Source of the DNA: Lama guanicoe
Lineage: Eukaryota
Assembly: GCA_013239625.1 (NCBI GenBank)
Contig: MU055354.1
Span: 620,001 to 684,000, forward strand
Length of the DNA stretch: 64,000 nucleotides
Direction of reading: 5' to 3'
Shown: piece by piece, positions 23,901 to 36,300 of the stretch
Numbering within the stretch: the first letter of the stretch is position 1
Layout: every line of letters starts with the position of its first letter
The notes under the pieces: generated by a model
What the model saw: the letters and a program-made list of their open reading frames with translations, nothing else
The model's database searches: none
What the model was told of the DNA's origin: nothing
Program-made: the position numbers and the translations under genes

Positions 23901-25962
23901 GATGGTCTCTGAAGGCCCTTCCTACAGAGATAACAGACCCTCAGAGCAGCCATACCCTTGGCATTGGCTAGTCCCACAGCTCAATAACAGCGGCAAAACT
24001 TCCTTTCATCTCCTAAATCAAAGGCCTTCTGGCTCTGACCACTTCTGGACATAGGGACAGGTGAAAACTCGGCTCATCAAAGCCCCGGGCTCCAGGGACC
24101 TCACATCTCCCTCCTCCCCAACCTATCCCCACACCAGGGTCCTAAGTCCACAGGGTTAGAAACCTAGTGCCAAAAAAGAGGTGGGATTCCCACTGCTATT
24201 CCTCTTACTGCAATCCAGGAACAGAGAGCTGTGTGGCCAGGAGAGCCTCCCACTGCAGCAGAGGGGCAAGAGGCTGGGGGTTTCAGGGAGGACTTTGAAG
24301 CAAGCAGGGCTCAGGGGCCTTGAGTGAGTCCCAAGGAAGAAGCAATGGGGGGTTTATGGCAGGCAGCTGGGTCAGACCCTGAAACAAGGGCTTACTTTTC
24401 TCAGCATGTGGACTGTCCCCTCCCAACTCCCCATCTCATTGAACAAATGCATGATCCCAAGAGTCTGCCATCCCAGTTCTGTAGCTCTGGCTTTGATCTC
24501 AGCATCCATGGTTCATCTTGTGCAGCCAGGACTGGGGTGAAATATGGGCAGGGAAGAGCTGTAGCCCACCTCCGTCTAGGATGGCTGTTGGTCTGGCACT
24601 TTACACCCAGGTCCAAGCCTCCAACTCACTCTCCATATTCTCGGCATTGTGACCTTCACTTTGTTGGGGTTGGGTCGGGTGGGGACAGTCTGCCGCCAGC
24701 TCTGTATACAAAAAGTAGGGTAATAACAGCCTGGGATTTTTATAGGAGACTCTCCCACTCTGGGCCTTGTTTGAATGTATATCCTTAGAACTGAGGCATC
24801 TTTCTCCTCCTAGCTCAGATAGGGAAAACGGAGGCTTAGATACCTGCTCAAGCATTTGTGATGACGTCTGGGAGATCTAGCGTCCTTGGTCCCAGTTGCC
24901 CAGGGCCTGAGTTACAAGGTTGGGTCCCCCAAACTTGAGGGAGAGGCTCTGTCCCCAACAAGACGCAGGGCTTAACCCTTCCCTTACCTGGGCCTTGTCA
25001 GCAGGCAGGTGAGCTGTGGTGCAAGGAGCTTCGGATGTCTGAGTCCTAGTTCCACCTCTGCCACTCACATGGTGGGTGATCATGAAAAAATCACAACCCC
25101 TTTGAGCCTCAGCTTCCTCCTCTGTGAAATGGGCTAACGACACTGCTATGCCTCCTTCTCAGGGCTGGGGACTGCTGCTCTGTGGTTATCTGGTAGGTAG
25201 TTAGACCATTTTCTCTGTGACTCAGGAAGGATCAGCTTTGGGGGACTCAGGAAGAAATGCCTGAGTTCACTAGTCTTGGCTGCCTTCACAGCTGTTACCT
25301 GCATTATTCCTTCCTGCACCCGACTCCTTTCCTCCCCTGCCCAGGAGGATTCTTTTTTTCCCTGTGGTCAGGGTGGAGGCCTCAGGAAAGGTGAAGTTTC
25401 TGGAACAGCCCAGCAAAGCCCAATTAGGCCAACAAGGGAATAGGTAAAGCTGAGGCTTCAGATCTTGGTGCAAATCCCAGCTTCCTCAATTCTGACAGCA
25501 AGACCCTGAACCAACCACTAACCTCTCTGAGCCTCAGTTTCCCCATCTTTGTCTACTTCATAGACTAAAGAAGAAAGTGCATTTACCGCCCTGGGCATAA
25601 TACCTGGAACGTGGCAGATACTAGTGAGAGGGTGTGGTTATCAATCTGGGGCCTCTTCATCTCAAAGCGAGAGGGCTACCCATCTAGGGGTAAATCTGGG
25701 CACCCAAGTGCCCCCTCCCAAGACACCAGGGGAGCTTAGAGTCCTTGCTCCCTGCGCACCCTCACCCGCACTCACTTGGGTAGCGAAAGTAAAATTCATT
25801 GTCCGCGTTACTGTGGTTGCCCCAGTGCCAGAGGGCAGCGTCGGTTTCACGGTTGTAGCGGACAAAGACCGCAAAGAGGATGGCGGTGGCACCCTGGAGG
25901 AGGAGGCACAGCAGGGGCAGCTGCAGACGCCGACCCGCGGCGCGACGCGAGGTCTCGGCCAT
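14917..25962 (-). CDS. RHBG: Ammonium transporter Rh type B glycoprotein, 10 coding exons, 458 aa, intact
   Basis: Exons (minus): 25776-25962, 20626-20812, 20013-20163, 19742-19889, 17956-18122, 17520-17657, 17264-17397, 16569-16690, 15182-15255, 14917-14985. All introns are GT-AG with consistent phases; total 1377 nt. Translation: [24 protein letters not shown]...RYPSFQDVHAM...[14 protein letters not shown]...[13 protein letters not shown]...[23 protein letters not shown]...DTQA*. Both pore histidines, the NHS sequon and the FLD and YED C-terminal motifs are present. Confidence 0.98.
15554..15700 (+). mobile_element. tRNA-Ala-derived SINE (camelid vic-1 type)
   Basis: A box TAACTCAGGGG, B box GGTTCAATCC, CCTAATTACCTCCC tail motif, A-rich end. 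14-bp TSD AAGTTTGCACAGTT at 15540-15553 and 15701-15714. Inserted in a MIR remnant. Confidence 0.9.
15795..15935 (-). mobile_element. tRNA-Ala-derived SINE (camelid vic-1 type)
   Basis: Reverse complement reads GGGGGGAGGGTATATCTCAAGTGGTAGAGTGCATGCC...GGTTCAATCG...CCTAATTACCTCCC plus poly(A). TSD AAGTAATTA at 15786-15794 and 15936-15944. Confidence 0.9.
16158..16196 (-). repeat. (GGGGCA)n hexamer repeat, G-quadruplex-capable on the RHBG sense strand
   Basis: Plus strand reads CCCTG(CCCCTG)4CCCCCTGCC. Confidence 0.85.
16245..16263 (-). promoter_or_regulatory. CTCF binding motif (reverse orientation), RHBG intron 8
   Basis: Reverse complement TACCCACTAGAGGGCAGCC. Confidence 0.6.
21361..21428. 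mobile_element. Short hAT-Tip100 MITE remnant (MER91-like)
   Basis: CAGGGCTGC...TGTACAACTC...TGCCCCCTGGAGGTGTGCAAC...CTCTG, with CAGGG-type terminal repeats. Confidence 0.55.
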
Positions 25963-25978
25963 GGGGCAGCGGCTGCGA

Positions 25979-26013
<35 letters not shown>

Positions 26014-26320
26014 GGCCTCTGGGCGCGCAGCGCGGGCAGACACTCCCTGGGCGGGCCGGGCAGGTTTCACCGGATCCAGGCCCCGCCCACCGGACCCAGG
26101 CCCCGCCCGCGAAGATCTGAGGTGGGGTGAGGAGTAGCAAGGGAGGGGGCCTTCGGACCCCCACGTCCTATCTCGCTTGACCCAGCTGACCTTGGCGCTG
26201 TTCCGGTTGGGACAGGTCCTTGGAAATGACCCTGGAAAGGCCCCTGTGTTCTGCACTGCTGGGGCACAGCTGCGGGACCCGGTTGGGGTTGGCGGGAAAG
26301 AAGGGAGGGCACCCGCCCCT
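25740..26320 (-). promoter_or_regulatory. RHBG promoter CpG island
   Basis: CpG-rich region over exon 1; GC boxes CCCCGCCC at 26081 and 26101. Confidence 0.8.
25979..26013. repeat. (GGCTCC)5+ hexamer tandem repeat in the RHBG 5' UTR/core promoter
   Basis: GGCTCC x5 plus GGCTC, ending 16 nt upstream of the RHBG ATG. Confidence 0.95.
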
Positions 26321-28399
26321 CCAACACCGTGTTAGTTTAGAGAGTGCTTCCCAAGGAATAAGCAGCCCTCAAAGGCCCCCGCTGGGCCCCTCCAGGGTTA
26401 ACACAAGAGAGAGTTGTGGGGTTACTCAGTCTTTTCCGAACAGAAAAAGCAATGGAGAACCGAGATAAAGAGCTGGCTCTCCGGACAGTTGGATGCTAGG
26501 TGCCCAGCTAGGCAGGGATGGGAGGGTGGGGGTCAACCGCTAGGTAGCTGCATCTGATAGCACTGCTTCTAGCAGGCTGTGCAGACTTTCTGGCCCTCGG
26601 TGGCCCCTGGCCCTGTAGCTCTCTGTCACTATTTGGTCAGCAAGATGGCTGTTTCCTAACTCCTCTGCAGGTGGCCAGAGGGGAGGGGAGGGCAGAGGGA
26701 AGAGAAGATGTCTGGTCAGCAGCTTCTGGATAATGATTCTTGGATAACTCAGCATCTGGGGGATCCTCCCAGGTCCAGCCTTCTACTCCAGAGACAGTCT
26801 CCTTCCTGAGCCCTGTTTGGAAGTTGGAGGTTGCCCTGAGTTGTCCAGGCAGGGACTAGATAGGCCCTACAAGGGGAAGAATCTTCAAAAGCTATAGAAT
26901 GTGAGATAGGAAGGAGGAGTGGGCTGGGTCATCTTCTGGGAGCCTCCACCCTGGTTCCAGTCTCCTCCATCTCTATCTCACCTGTTGTGTCTCTTGGTCT
27001 CTCTGAATTCCTCTGAATCTCTGATTTTCCCCCTCCTCTGTTGCTCATTCATTCATTTAACAAAGATTCACTTAGAATCAATCCTGGGCCAGGTCCTGGG
27101 GCTATAACCTGGGATTCTAGTCAACACTTGTAACCTAGTCGGGTCTTAGAGGCCCCCCAGCCCTGGCAGATGTTAACCCTTTATTTGCTGGATTGTGGGA
27201 GGTCTAGAGGGAGCCCCTTGGAAGCACCAGGATAGCTGGGCCAGCCTCTCGAGGGTACACTTGGAGACTTTTGGGCAACTGCCATTTATCAACCTTTATA
27301 GGAGGAGCTTGGTATTTTAACAGCGAATGAGGACTAGCTGGTATCACCCTTGGTCCAGCAGAGCATAAGACCCCGACAGTCCTCCCCTTCTGAGGGTCCC
27401 CCTGGCCCAGTCACCCTGTCTGAAGGCTCTCCTGGTAGGCCTCCACCTGTGAGGGCTCCCTTGGCCCACCACTCATCGTGGAGAATCTCAGTCCATCGTT
27501 TCCTTATCGCTGTCAGGGCCTTTGGCTGTCCTTGCCTTCTCTGGAAACCGACAGAATGGAGGGAAAGCTTCATCTTTCACCCCTCCTTCCACCCCAGACC
27601 TCCTCTGAAGTGCTCCAACTCTGTCACCAGCTCCCATCCTGCCTGGCCTGGGGTGTGCCTAATCTTTGACCTTCCATCTCCAGTTTCCAGCTGTGACCAG
27701 CCAGGAACTTGAGGTGGCCAAGGGGAACTGATGTCTGCTGCTTGCCCTGGCCCAGCCTGGCCAGGCTGTCCGTGCCGACCAGGGCTTGGGTTACTGAGTA
27801 ACTTGGGGTTGCTTGGAGTTGTTCTTTACTGGGGTCGCCTCCTCCTCCTCCCTGCTCAGGAATCCCCAAAGCCAACTGGCTCTTTTTGCTCCATCAAACT
27901 ATCCTCAGTGTTTATGGAGAACAAAAGAGAAAAGGCAAAGCACCAGAATCAGTAAGACACTCGTTTGTTCATTCATTCATTCATTCAACACATCTTTGCT
28001 GTATGACCTCAGGCAAATTGTTGAGCCCTCTTTGAGTCTCAGTTTCCTTATCTATAGGACTAATTATATTCCCTTTGTAGGACTGTTACAGGATTACAAA
28101 TAGTTGATGTAGAGTGCTGGCACTTTCATAAGCACTCAACAGACATAATTATTATTGTTCTGACTGGCTGAGCAGAGAGGGCAAATGCATTGCTGTCTCC
28201 AACATACTTCGGGCCACACGTGTCTCTGGGGACAGGAATGGATGGAGGGGGCAGACACAGTCTTGATGTGTTCTCCTGTCATCAGCTGGAGGGGATGGCC
28301 AGCAGGATCTGAGGCCCAGGACAAGCACATTCAGGAAAGGCCATCAGACCAGCAACCCCAGCGACATACCAATTCTTGAATAGAGGAGATTTGGTAGAA

Positions 28400-29430
28400 G
28401 GCAGAGCCTTCCTTCATTCAACAAACATACAGACAGGGTTCTGGAGCAAAACTCTGCCTGCTGTGCAAGAGGATGACTCATCATTTGAAAAATGAGCTAC
28501 GGACACGCAGGCTTGAGCACAGACCCAGCACTGACTGTGGGGTACTGAGTGACTGTTTGTCCAGAGCTATTCATCTTTACTGGGTATTATCAGAGCCACT
28601 GAGTCATAAGATTGTGAGGGCACAGCAGAAATCCACTGTACAGTGGGGAAATGGCATATTTGGGAGCAGGCCTGAGTAGATCCAAAAGACACATGCTAAT
28701 TACATGTCAAACAGTGGTCCAGATTCCTATGTCATCTATGTCCCTTGCTCCAGTGCTTTTCCCTTAACTTCTATCTATGGCCTCATGGGAAACTTTCCAA
28801 GGCCAACTGACAGTGAAACCAAAACTCAGGCCTGATTTTGAACACTCCCTGGATATTTGATAGGAAGGTATTATTGCTATTTTCAAGTGTAATAATTATG
28901 TTGCCATTAGTTTTCAAAAGTATTTCTTATCCTTAGAGATACATATTAAAATATTTATAGTAAAAGTATATAATGTCTGGAACTTGTTTGAAATATCTTA
29001 AGGGAGGAAATGAATGGGACAGAAATGGCCATGGTTAAGCTTGAGTTAGGGATAGACGGGAGTTGATATATTATTCTATTTACTTGGGTGTACGTTCTAA
29101 ATTATCTGTAAATCAAAGTTAAAAACAACTTAATCTGGCCCATGGATAGGTCAGCATGATACACTGAGGTCAGCTGTAAATGCGCTGCAGCTGTATCACA
29201 GCCTTATCCAGGGGTGGCCCTAAAGAACATGGTGAAGGGAAATCCTCTCTGGGACAGAGCCTCGAGCATCACACCTAGTGGTTCACTTTGTATGGCAGAG
29301 GTGGCCTCAGGTTGAGTATACATGGACAGTAGTGGTGAATGGCTTCGGTGGTTGATCAGGGCCCCAGAAGGAGAAAGAATGGAAAATCAGAGACAAGGAA
29401 GTGTGGGAAAGAAAACACTGGTGGAAAATT
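28400..29430 (+). mobile_element. Degraded ERVL internal (pol/RNase H-like) fragments, interrupted by an old L1 fragment (~28840-29130)
   Basis: GGCCCTAAAGAACATGGTGAAGGGAAATCCTC...GAGCATCACACCTAGTGGTTCACTTTGTATGG resembles ERVL pol. No intact ORF. Confidence 0.55.
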
Positions 29431-29741
29431 TGAGGAAATAATTAAAGTGACTTTTTGCTTTCAGTAATTAAATTATATTCCTAACAGTGTAAGAAGGGTG
29501 ATTTGGCTCTTTTATTCTTGAACATGTCTTTAACACCCTAGCCTTTCCAATCAAAACTGGGGAGAGCAGAGTCTGAGAGTAGTTCTTCCTCTCACAGACT
29601 CTTAACCTTGTGGTGCCCCGAGCTCTAGGTTCTGTCTCTTCATTCTCCAGGTCATCTCCTCCAGTTTTGTGGCTTTCAATATCATCAGTATACTGATGTC
29701 TACCAAATTTTTATCTCCTCCCCAAGCCTCCCACTGAATTT

Positions 29742-30077
29742 TGTATGTGTGTGTTTAATCATGCCCAAGGGCAGCAGCATGTCTACAGTCAACACGATGT
29801 CCCACGTTCCCAACCAACACAGACAGACCGACGTTACATCCATGTAAAGCTGGTTAATGGTGACTGTGAGCAGGCCCGGGACTGGAAGCTTTCAAGACTT
29901 TACTTTTTTTTTTTTTTATCACCAGCCCATTCCTACTTAAATCTTCTGGTAAACTTGGGTATAGTAGGGCTTCATGGGGATCCAAACATTCTTAATAAGG
30001 CTTTGAAGCACCTCAACACAGGACTGTCATGGGACCTGCTCAGGCAGCCCCAACCCACAACCAACGACTTGGAAAGG
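29742..30077 (-). pseudogene. ATP5MJ: Processed pseudogene of ATP synthase subunit j / 6.8 kDa proteolipid (ATP5MJ = ATP5MPL = MP68)
   Basis: Minus strand 30011-29854 reads (V)[27 protein letters not shown]...SKVLKASSPGPAHSHH*, matching recalled MP68. Intronless. ATG is replaced by GTG, there is a premature TAA at 29939-29937, and a frameshift/deletion. ATTAAA at 29759-29754. 13-bp TSD TCCCACTGAATTT at 29729-29741 and 30078-30090. Confidence 0.92.
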
Positions 30078-30687
30078 TCCCACTGAATTTAAGTCATGTA
30101 TTTAACTGCCTGGTGGACATTTCAACTTAAACATCTAACAGGCATCACAAGTCTAACACAGTCAAAACCTAGCTTCTGTATCCACTCCTACTGTGTCCTC
30201 CCCTAGGCTTCTCCATCTCATAAATGAAAACTCGATCATTCCAGGTGCTAAGGGCAAGAATCTGGAGTCATCCTTGACTTCTCTTTTTCTCACACATCAT
30301 ATTCATCCATCACCAAGTCCTGAGAGCTATGCCTTCAAAATACATTCAGACTACAGATATTTTGTACCACCTCCACAGCTACCACCTGGTCCAAGCCACC
30401 CTCACCTCTTGCCTGATTAAAATAGCCTCCTCCTCATCACCTCCCTGATCTCACCTCCTTCCACTCTTCCTTGCAGTCATGACACTGCAACCATCTTGAT
30501 CTCTCTGTTCTTCCAGAATTCCAGGCACATCTCATAGCCTTGGCACTCTCTGTCCCCTTGGCCTGGAATGTTCTACTCCCATATAGTTCATTCCTTCCCT
30601 ATCTTCAGGTCTCTGCTCAAATGCTACCTTATCAGTAAGGCTTCCCCTTCCTCCCACAATCTTCCCCATCCCCCTACTGTACTACAC

Positions 30688-31158
30688 CACTGGTTTTCAC
30701 ACATTTTGGTTTCAGGATCCTTTTACATTCTTAAAAAAACTGAGGACCCAAACAGCTTTTGCTTATGTGGATTATATCTCTCAATATTTACCTTATTAGA
30801 AATCACAGTATTTTAAAATATTCACATATTCAATAGCAACTTCACATTAAAAATATTTTAATAACAATAACTATATTATTCAAAGCCAAGTTAATGAGAG
30901 CACTATTTACATTTTTACAAATCTCTTTAACGTCTCGCTTAATAGAAAAATAGCTGGATTCTCATATCTGCTTCTGCATCCAATCCATTGTAATATCACA
31001 TCCATGCAGCCTCTGGAAGAATCCACAGTATACTCATGAGAAAATGAGAGTGAAGGCAAATAATGTCTTAGTGTCACACAAAAATTGTCTTGACCTCACG
31101 GATCCCCTAAGTGTTTTAGGAACACTCAGGAGTCCTTGGCCCCATTTGGATAACTATG
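30688..31158 (-). mobile_element. hAT-Charlie DNA transposon remnant (MER119-like), nested in L2
   Basis: Terminus CACTGGTTTTCACACATTTTGGTTTCAGGATCC and internal GCTGGATTCTCATATCTGCTTCTGCATCCAAT match the recalled consensus. Confidence 0.7.
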
Positions 31159-31599
31159 TATACTCTATATTTTAATAGTCCTTATCACCACCTGATATAC
31201 TATGTATTTACTTGTTTTCTTATTGTCAATCTCCCTACACTAAAATGAAAACTCCATGAGGCAGACTTCGTTCTGTCCACTGCTCTACTCCTAGCTCCAA
31301 GATCAGTGCCTGACATACGAGAGGCACTCGGTAAATGAATGAATGAATCAATGAAGAAATAAAGGAAGAAGGGACAACAAATTCAGGGATTATTTCATCA
31401 CAGAGAATGCAGTGATGCTGTAAAACATCTCTCTACTTTTTTTTTTGATTAGGAATTATTTAAAAAAATTTTAATTGAAGTATAGTCAATTTACAATGTG
31501 TTAATTGCTGGGAAAAAAAGTCTCATTTATAAAACAATTCAATTGCTGTATTTATCCTAGAGTCACAAGTACATATCACCCAGATAAAACAATTGGCCA

Positions 31600-32560
31600 A
31601 TTTTATTACATCCACACCCCAACCCAGGCCCGTCTACCAAGGTTATTTTGAGGCAAACCGCAGACATCATGTGAGTATGTTTCTGTATATATCTCTAAAC
31701 ATAAGGACCCTTAATTTCAACATTTGATTATGAAAATATTCAAACATAGAAAAAAGTTGAAATTTTTCCAGCAAAAACTCAGATAACCACTACCTAAATT
31801 CTACAATAATATTTTATTTGCTTTGTCACGTAACTATCTGTCCATCCTTCCATCTATCCATTAATCCACTTTATTTTTGCTGCATTTCAGAGCATGCTGC
31901 AGACATCAATATACTTCACCTCTAAACCTTTCTTTATGGATATCATTAATTAGAGTTCAATATTTGTTTACAATTTATTTTTAAGGTAAAATTTACATTC
32001 AATGAAATGCACAAATCTTAAGTGTACCATTTGATGAGTTTTGACAAATGCACCGACTTGTGTAACCCAAACCCCTATATCAAAATACAGAATCATCAGC
32101 CAGTTCCCAGTCAATCCTCTTTCCCACTCACCCAACAGCAACCTTTGTTTTTAGGTTTTTTTCCACCATGTATTAATATTGCGTGTTCCAGAGCTTCAAA
32201 TAAACAGAATGGTACAATGTGCGTTCTTTTCTGTGAGATGTCTTTCAGTCAGCCTAACACTTTTGAGATTCACTTGTGTTGTTGAATCAGTAGTTTGTTC
32301 CTTTTTAAGGCTAAGTAGCACTACACTGCTTGAATAGAATGGTTTATCCTAACCTATATATCATTATGGAATGTCCCTCTTTATCTCTGGCAGTACATTT
32401 GCCTTAAAGTCGACTCTATCCGAAATTAATATAACCACTCCAACCTTCCTCTGCTTACTGTGAGCATGGTATATTTTTAACCATGCACTTACTTTTACCA
32501 AAATGTATCTTTATAATTAAAGTATGCCTTATTCAGATTGATTCCTGAGTTCTTTCGACA
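31600..32560. repeat. Old L1M fragments
   Basis: AT-rich L1 3'-UTR-like segments (AAATGCACAAATCTTAAGTGTAC, TTTGAGATTCAC); no ORF. Confidence 0.55.
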
Positions 32561-33365
32561 CAATCCTTTGACAGCTTCTATCTGCCTGATAGGATAAGAT
32601 GTTCTAGGCTCAGATTTACCCATTGCCTGATTTCATTTCCAAACCCTTTGTCCAAACTCTGGTAGTTTCATAACAGATTACTATTATTAATTTATATAGG
32701 TCTTTTACCTTCCATTCTCCCTCTACCCCAAAATGTTTTGCCCATGGTGTTTCTACTATCTTACGTGTGACTCACCGCTCTCTGAAAGCTTCCAGTGGCT
32801 CTCCAGTGCTTCAAATAAAATCAGAGCTTCTGATGGTTTTAGCAGAACATTTCCCCAGGAAAGCAGCTCTATCTATTCTCAGCTGCTCTACATTCTGCCT
32901 CACGTCCCATATTCTAGGGGGGTAAATCTCTTCTTCTAATTTCTGATGGCTTATTCCCCTACCTCTAGGTCTTTGTCCAAGCTTCCCAACTGACATGGAA
33001 CTACCTTACTTCATCTGTCCACGCCACCCAATCAAGCCCCTTCATTAGGTGGCATCATAAGGCCACTTCCTCCAGCAAGATTCTGTGGTTGGTCCAGTTG
33101 TATCCTACTAACCACCTTCGCTCAACTCCATTCCCCCTTAGAGTACTACCAAAAATTACAATTAATTATCTGTCTTATCTGTCCTGTAAGATAATAGAAA
33201 CCCCCAAACTGTCTCTTCTGTAATATGTACCCCCAAGTGCCTTGTACAGTGCTTTGCACTCAGTGAGCACTTATAATGAGCTTGTGAACTTGTAGAATGT
33301 ATATGCCCAGATTCCGCCAAGGGTTTAAAGAGGGGGAAACATACACAGTAACTTTGTTCCACAAT

Positions 33366-36300
33366 TCATTTACTGAATTGGGGCAGGTGATTTAACAACA
33401 GATTGCGAGATAAGGCTGGGAGAGAAGAGTTCTTGCTTTCCCTCCCAGGAGTCAGTTGTGTCATGGATGCTTGTAAATTTTCCAAAATAGCCATCTGTTG
33501 TTGGGCAAGCTGGGTCTGAAGCTGGAGATTGGCATACATACGTTCTAGGAGTCCTAGGCATTCCTTGGGCTTGTGGTCAGTTCCTGAAGGAAGAGCAGTG
33601 GAGGTGCAAAGGGGACAAAAGAAAGATTTTATAAATGGACAGAGGTGGTAAGGGAGCTAATAAGATGACTCCTCTAATCTTTCTGGGCACAGTTCAACCC
33701 AGATGCACCTTTGCTCAGCTGTCACCTTCTCCACGAAGCCTATCTGGCCACCCTAATTTAATTTGAAACCAATCACTGGAACTTATTACCCCTCCCTTGC
33801 TTTATATTCCCGTTAGTATTTATGATTATTTGGCACATTTTGCAATTACTTATTTAATTGTTGGCTAATCCCGCCTTCTGGAATGTAAGCTCCAGAAGAT
33901 AGGGATTTTTGTCTGGTTTGTTCACTGCTGTATCCACAGCACCTAGAAGAGTGCCTGGTGTGTTAAGTTCAACAAATATTCAATGAGTGAATGAAATGAT
34001 CTGGGAGTGAGGCCTAACTTCCCTTTCAAGAGCTCAGGGGACGCCTCAGCCTTCTTTCACTCTTATCTGATATAGTAAGTTCTTAGCAGGGACCTGAAGT
34101 TCTTCCTGTTGTCTAACTGCATCAGCCCAATTTTTGTTCTACTGTTTTCAACTACATGATACACAGACAGCTCTTAGTTAACCTTGGTAGTTATTTACCC
34201 ATTGTTTGTGTATTTTTTTGGTCTTGACTTCTTTGTTAAACTCTGAGGTCTTCAAAAACAGGAGTCATGACAGTCTAGTCCCCTGTTTGGCTCCCCAATG
34301 GTATGCTAAATATCCACTGATAGCCCCATAGGAGGATGAATAACTAAAATTCAAAGAAACTGAGTTAATAGTTACTATTTCCTTGCCTGGCCACTTTTTA
34401 ACTAACATTATCAGCAAGCAATAAAGTTTCCATTTCATTCTGCCTCATCTAATAAAGGTGCTGATAAGCAAGGAAACAATACAAATTGGTAGAAATCAGG
34501 AAGAAAATAAAATCAGTAGAACTGAATAATCAGCAAGCCACCAGTGGAAAATCTACAGGTGGCTTGACCCAGAGTTGGCACCAGATCAAGACAAAGCTCC
34601 AGCCACTTCCTCCATGCATCCTCTTCCCTTGCTGAGACCATCTGGGAAATCCACCCTGCATCCGTACCTGAGGGCAGCTTTGTTGCCTGGACATTCAGGA
34701 AAGTGGCTGGTGGGGAACTTGCTTGAAGATCAATAAAGCTGGGAGAGGGTTTGGCTCGACAAAGAGGCACAGCATTACCTTCCCCTTTGGCTGGAACAAA
34801 ATCGGAGGCAACTAAGTCAGAGCTCATTCTGACAAGGACAACTTTTCTGATTAGATCCCTGCATCTGGTCTATGAATGCAGGTGCCAACGCCCTGCCCTG
34901 AATATCTTCAAAGAAAGGTATATAAGACAAAAAAGGGACCACAGTCAGACTAAGGGAAATCAAGCAGGGACGGGATAAGCCAAAGCCTACCTTGCTTTCA
35001 TTGTACAAATTCTTATTGACATGCGCTACATGCCCACTACTGTGCTAGATGCCAGAGCTGCACAAGACATCTAAACATGGTTTCTTCGGTGCTGAGTATC
35101 TAGTTAGGGAGACAAATCAGACACTGATGAAATGGTGATATAATTGGACACAATGAGTCTGACACTCTGGAGTGCAAATAAGTCCTTTTATCTTTTAGCT
35201 ATACTAAGATGGGATTAACATATAAAAATGAAGGTTTTTGAAAAGAGGGGAAAGATCAGTATGAGTACAGTAGTCAGAGAAGACTCCAGGCAGGCAGAGG
35301 ATGTTTACTGGAGCTTGAAAACAGGAAGCTTTTGATAAATAGAAAAGATATTTCAGGTGGGAGAAAAAAGGATAGCATGAGCAAAGCAAGGAAGCAAGAA
35401 TATGGCTGGAATGACGAGGAGCCCCAGGAAACCGGCCAGAATTAGGGTAGGAAGAGCGGGAAGGCAGGATGGGCCATGGAAGACCTTTTCCAGAAGCCAA
35501 TCTGAGACTTTAGCCTTTCTCTTGAATACAGTGGAAAGCCACTGAGTCTTTTATGATTAGGAACTATGATTTAAAAATTTATTTTAATTAATCTATAGGG
35601 ATTAAAATGAGCTGGATGTGGAACTTCTTAACAGGGAAAACAGATTACCTTTGGGAAAAAATAGTCAAGTTAGAAGAAAATTTGATTTGTAGGGAAAAGA
35701 TGGCGAGTCTGATAGGAGACATGTTATTTTTGTCTACTGCCCAGGAACTCTTCCTCTGGGAAACTACTCTTTCCCTAGATTCCAGGCCTTACTGGTGGGG
35801 CTGCATCAGACCCTTCTCCCCAACAGAAATAGGCATGTGACCCAATGCAGGCCAATCATGGTATCCTGTCCCCCTTGGCAACTATGATTGATTCAAGGGA
35901 TAAGCACTGAGGCAAGTTGGGCCAATCATTCCCTGGAACCAACACATGGATTCTGCGTCAAAGCCTGCTTTCTTCTGATTTGCTGTGCTAGGAAGACGTA
36001 AAGTTGGAGCCAATGAAAGCGACCGAATTTGACCAGCATTCCATGAGAAGCAGATACAAGCAAGAGATTACAGACGAGAGAGTGTAGGAGAGAGAGGAAT
36101 AGATGGACAGATACCTCCGGTTCCAGTCCCTGTGGCCCTGGTGTTTGCATCTCTTCTTCCGATTCTGTGTATTCCTCAGCAACCCTCCCAACTGCACGAG
36201 CCTCTGAATTTCCTTGTTACCCAGAGGAATCTGAGTTGGGGCAATTAACATAAATCATGTCTGGGACATATTGGATTTGAGGAGAAACTAGGTAGTCCAA

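Larger units (their letters stand above)
29590..31340. repeat. LINE-2 remnant hosting the retrocopy and the MER119-like insertion
   Basis: Typical L2 3' segments (CATCTAACAGGCATC, GGAGTCATCCTTGACTTCTC, CAGGTCTCTGCTCAAATG, CAGTGCCTGACATA) ending in (AATG)n. Confidence 0.7.

Noticed and set aside
25179-25193. TCTGTGGTTATCTGG, a 13/15 match to the 5' part of miR-9
   Set aside because: Seed mismatch, no star arm or hairpin; a chance match beside a MIR remnant.
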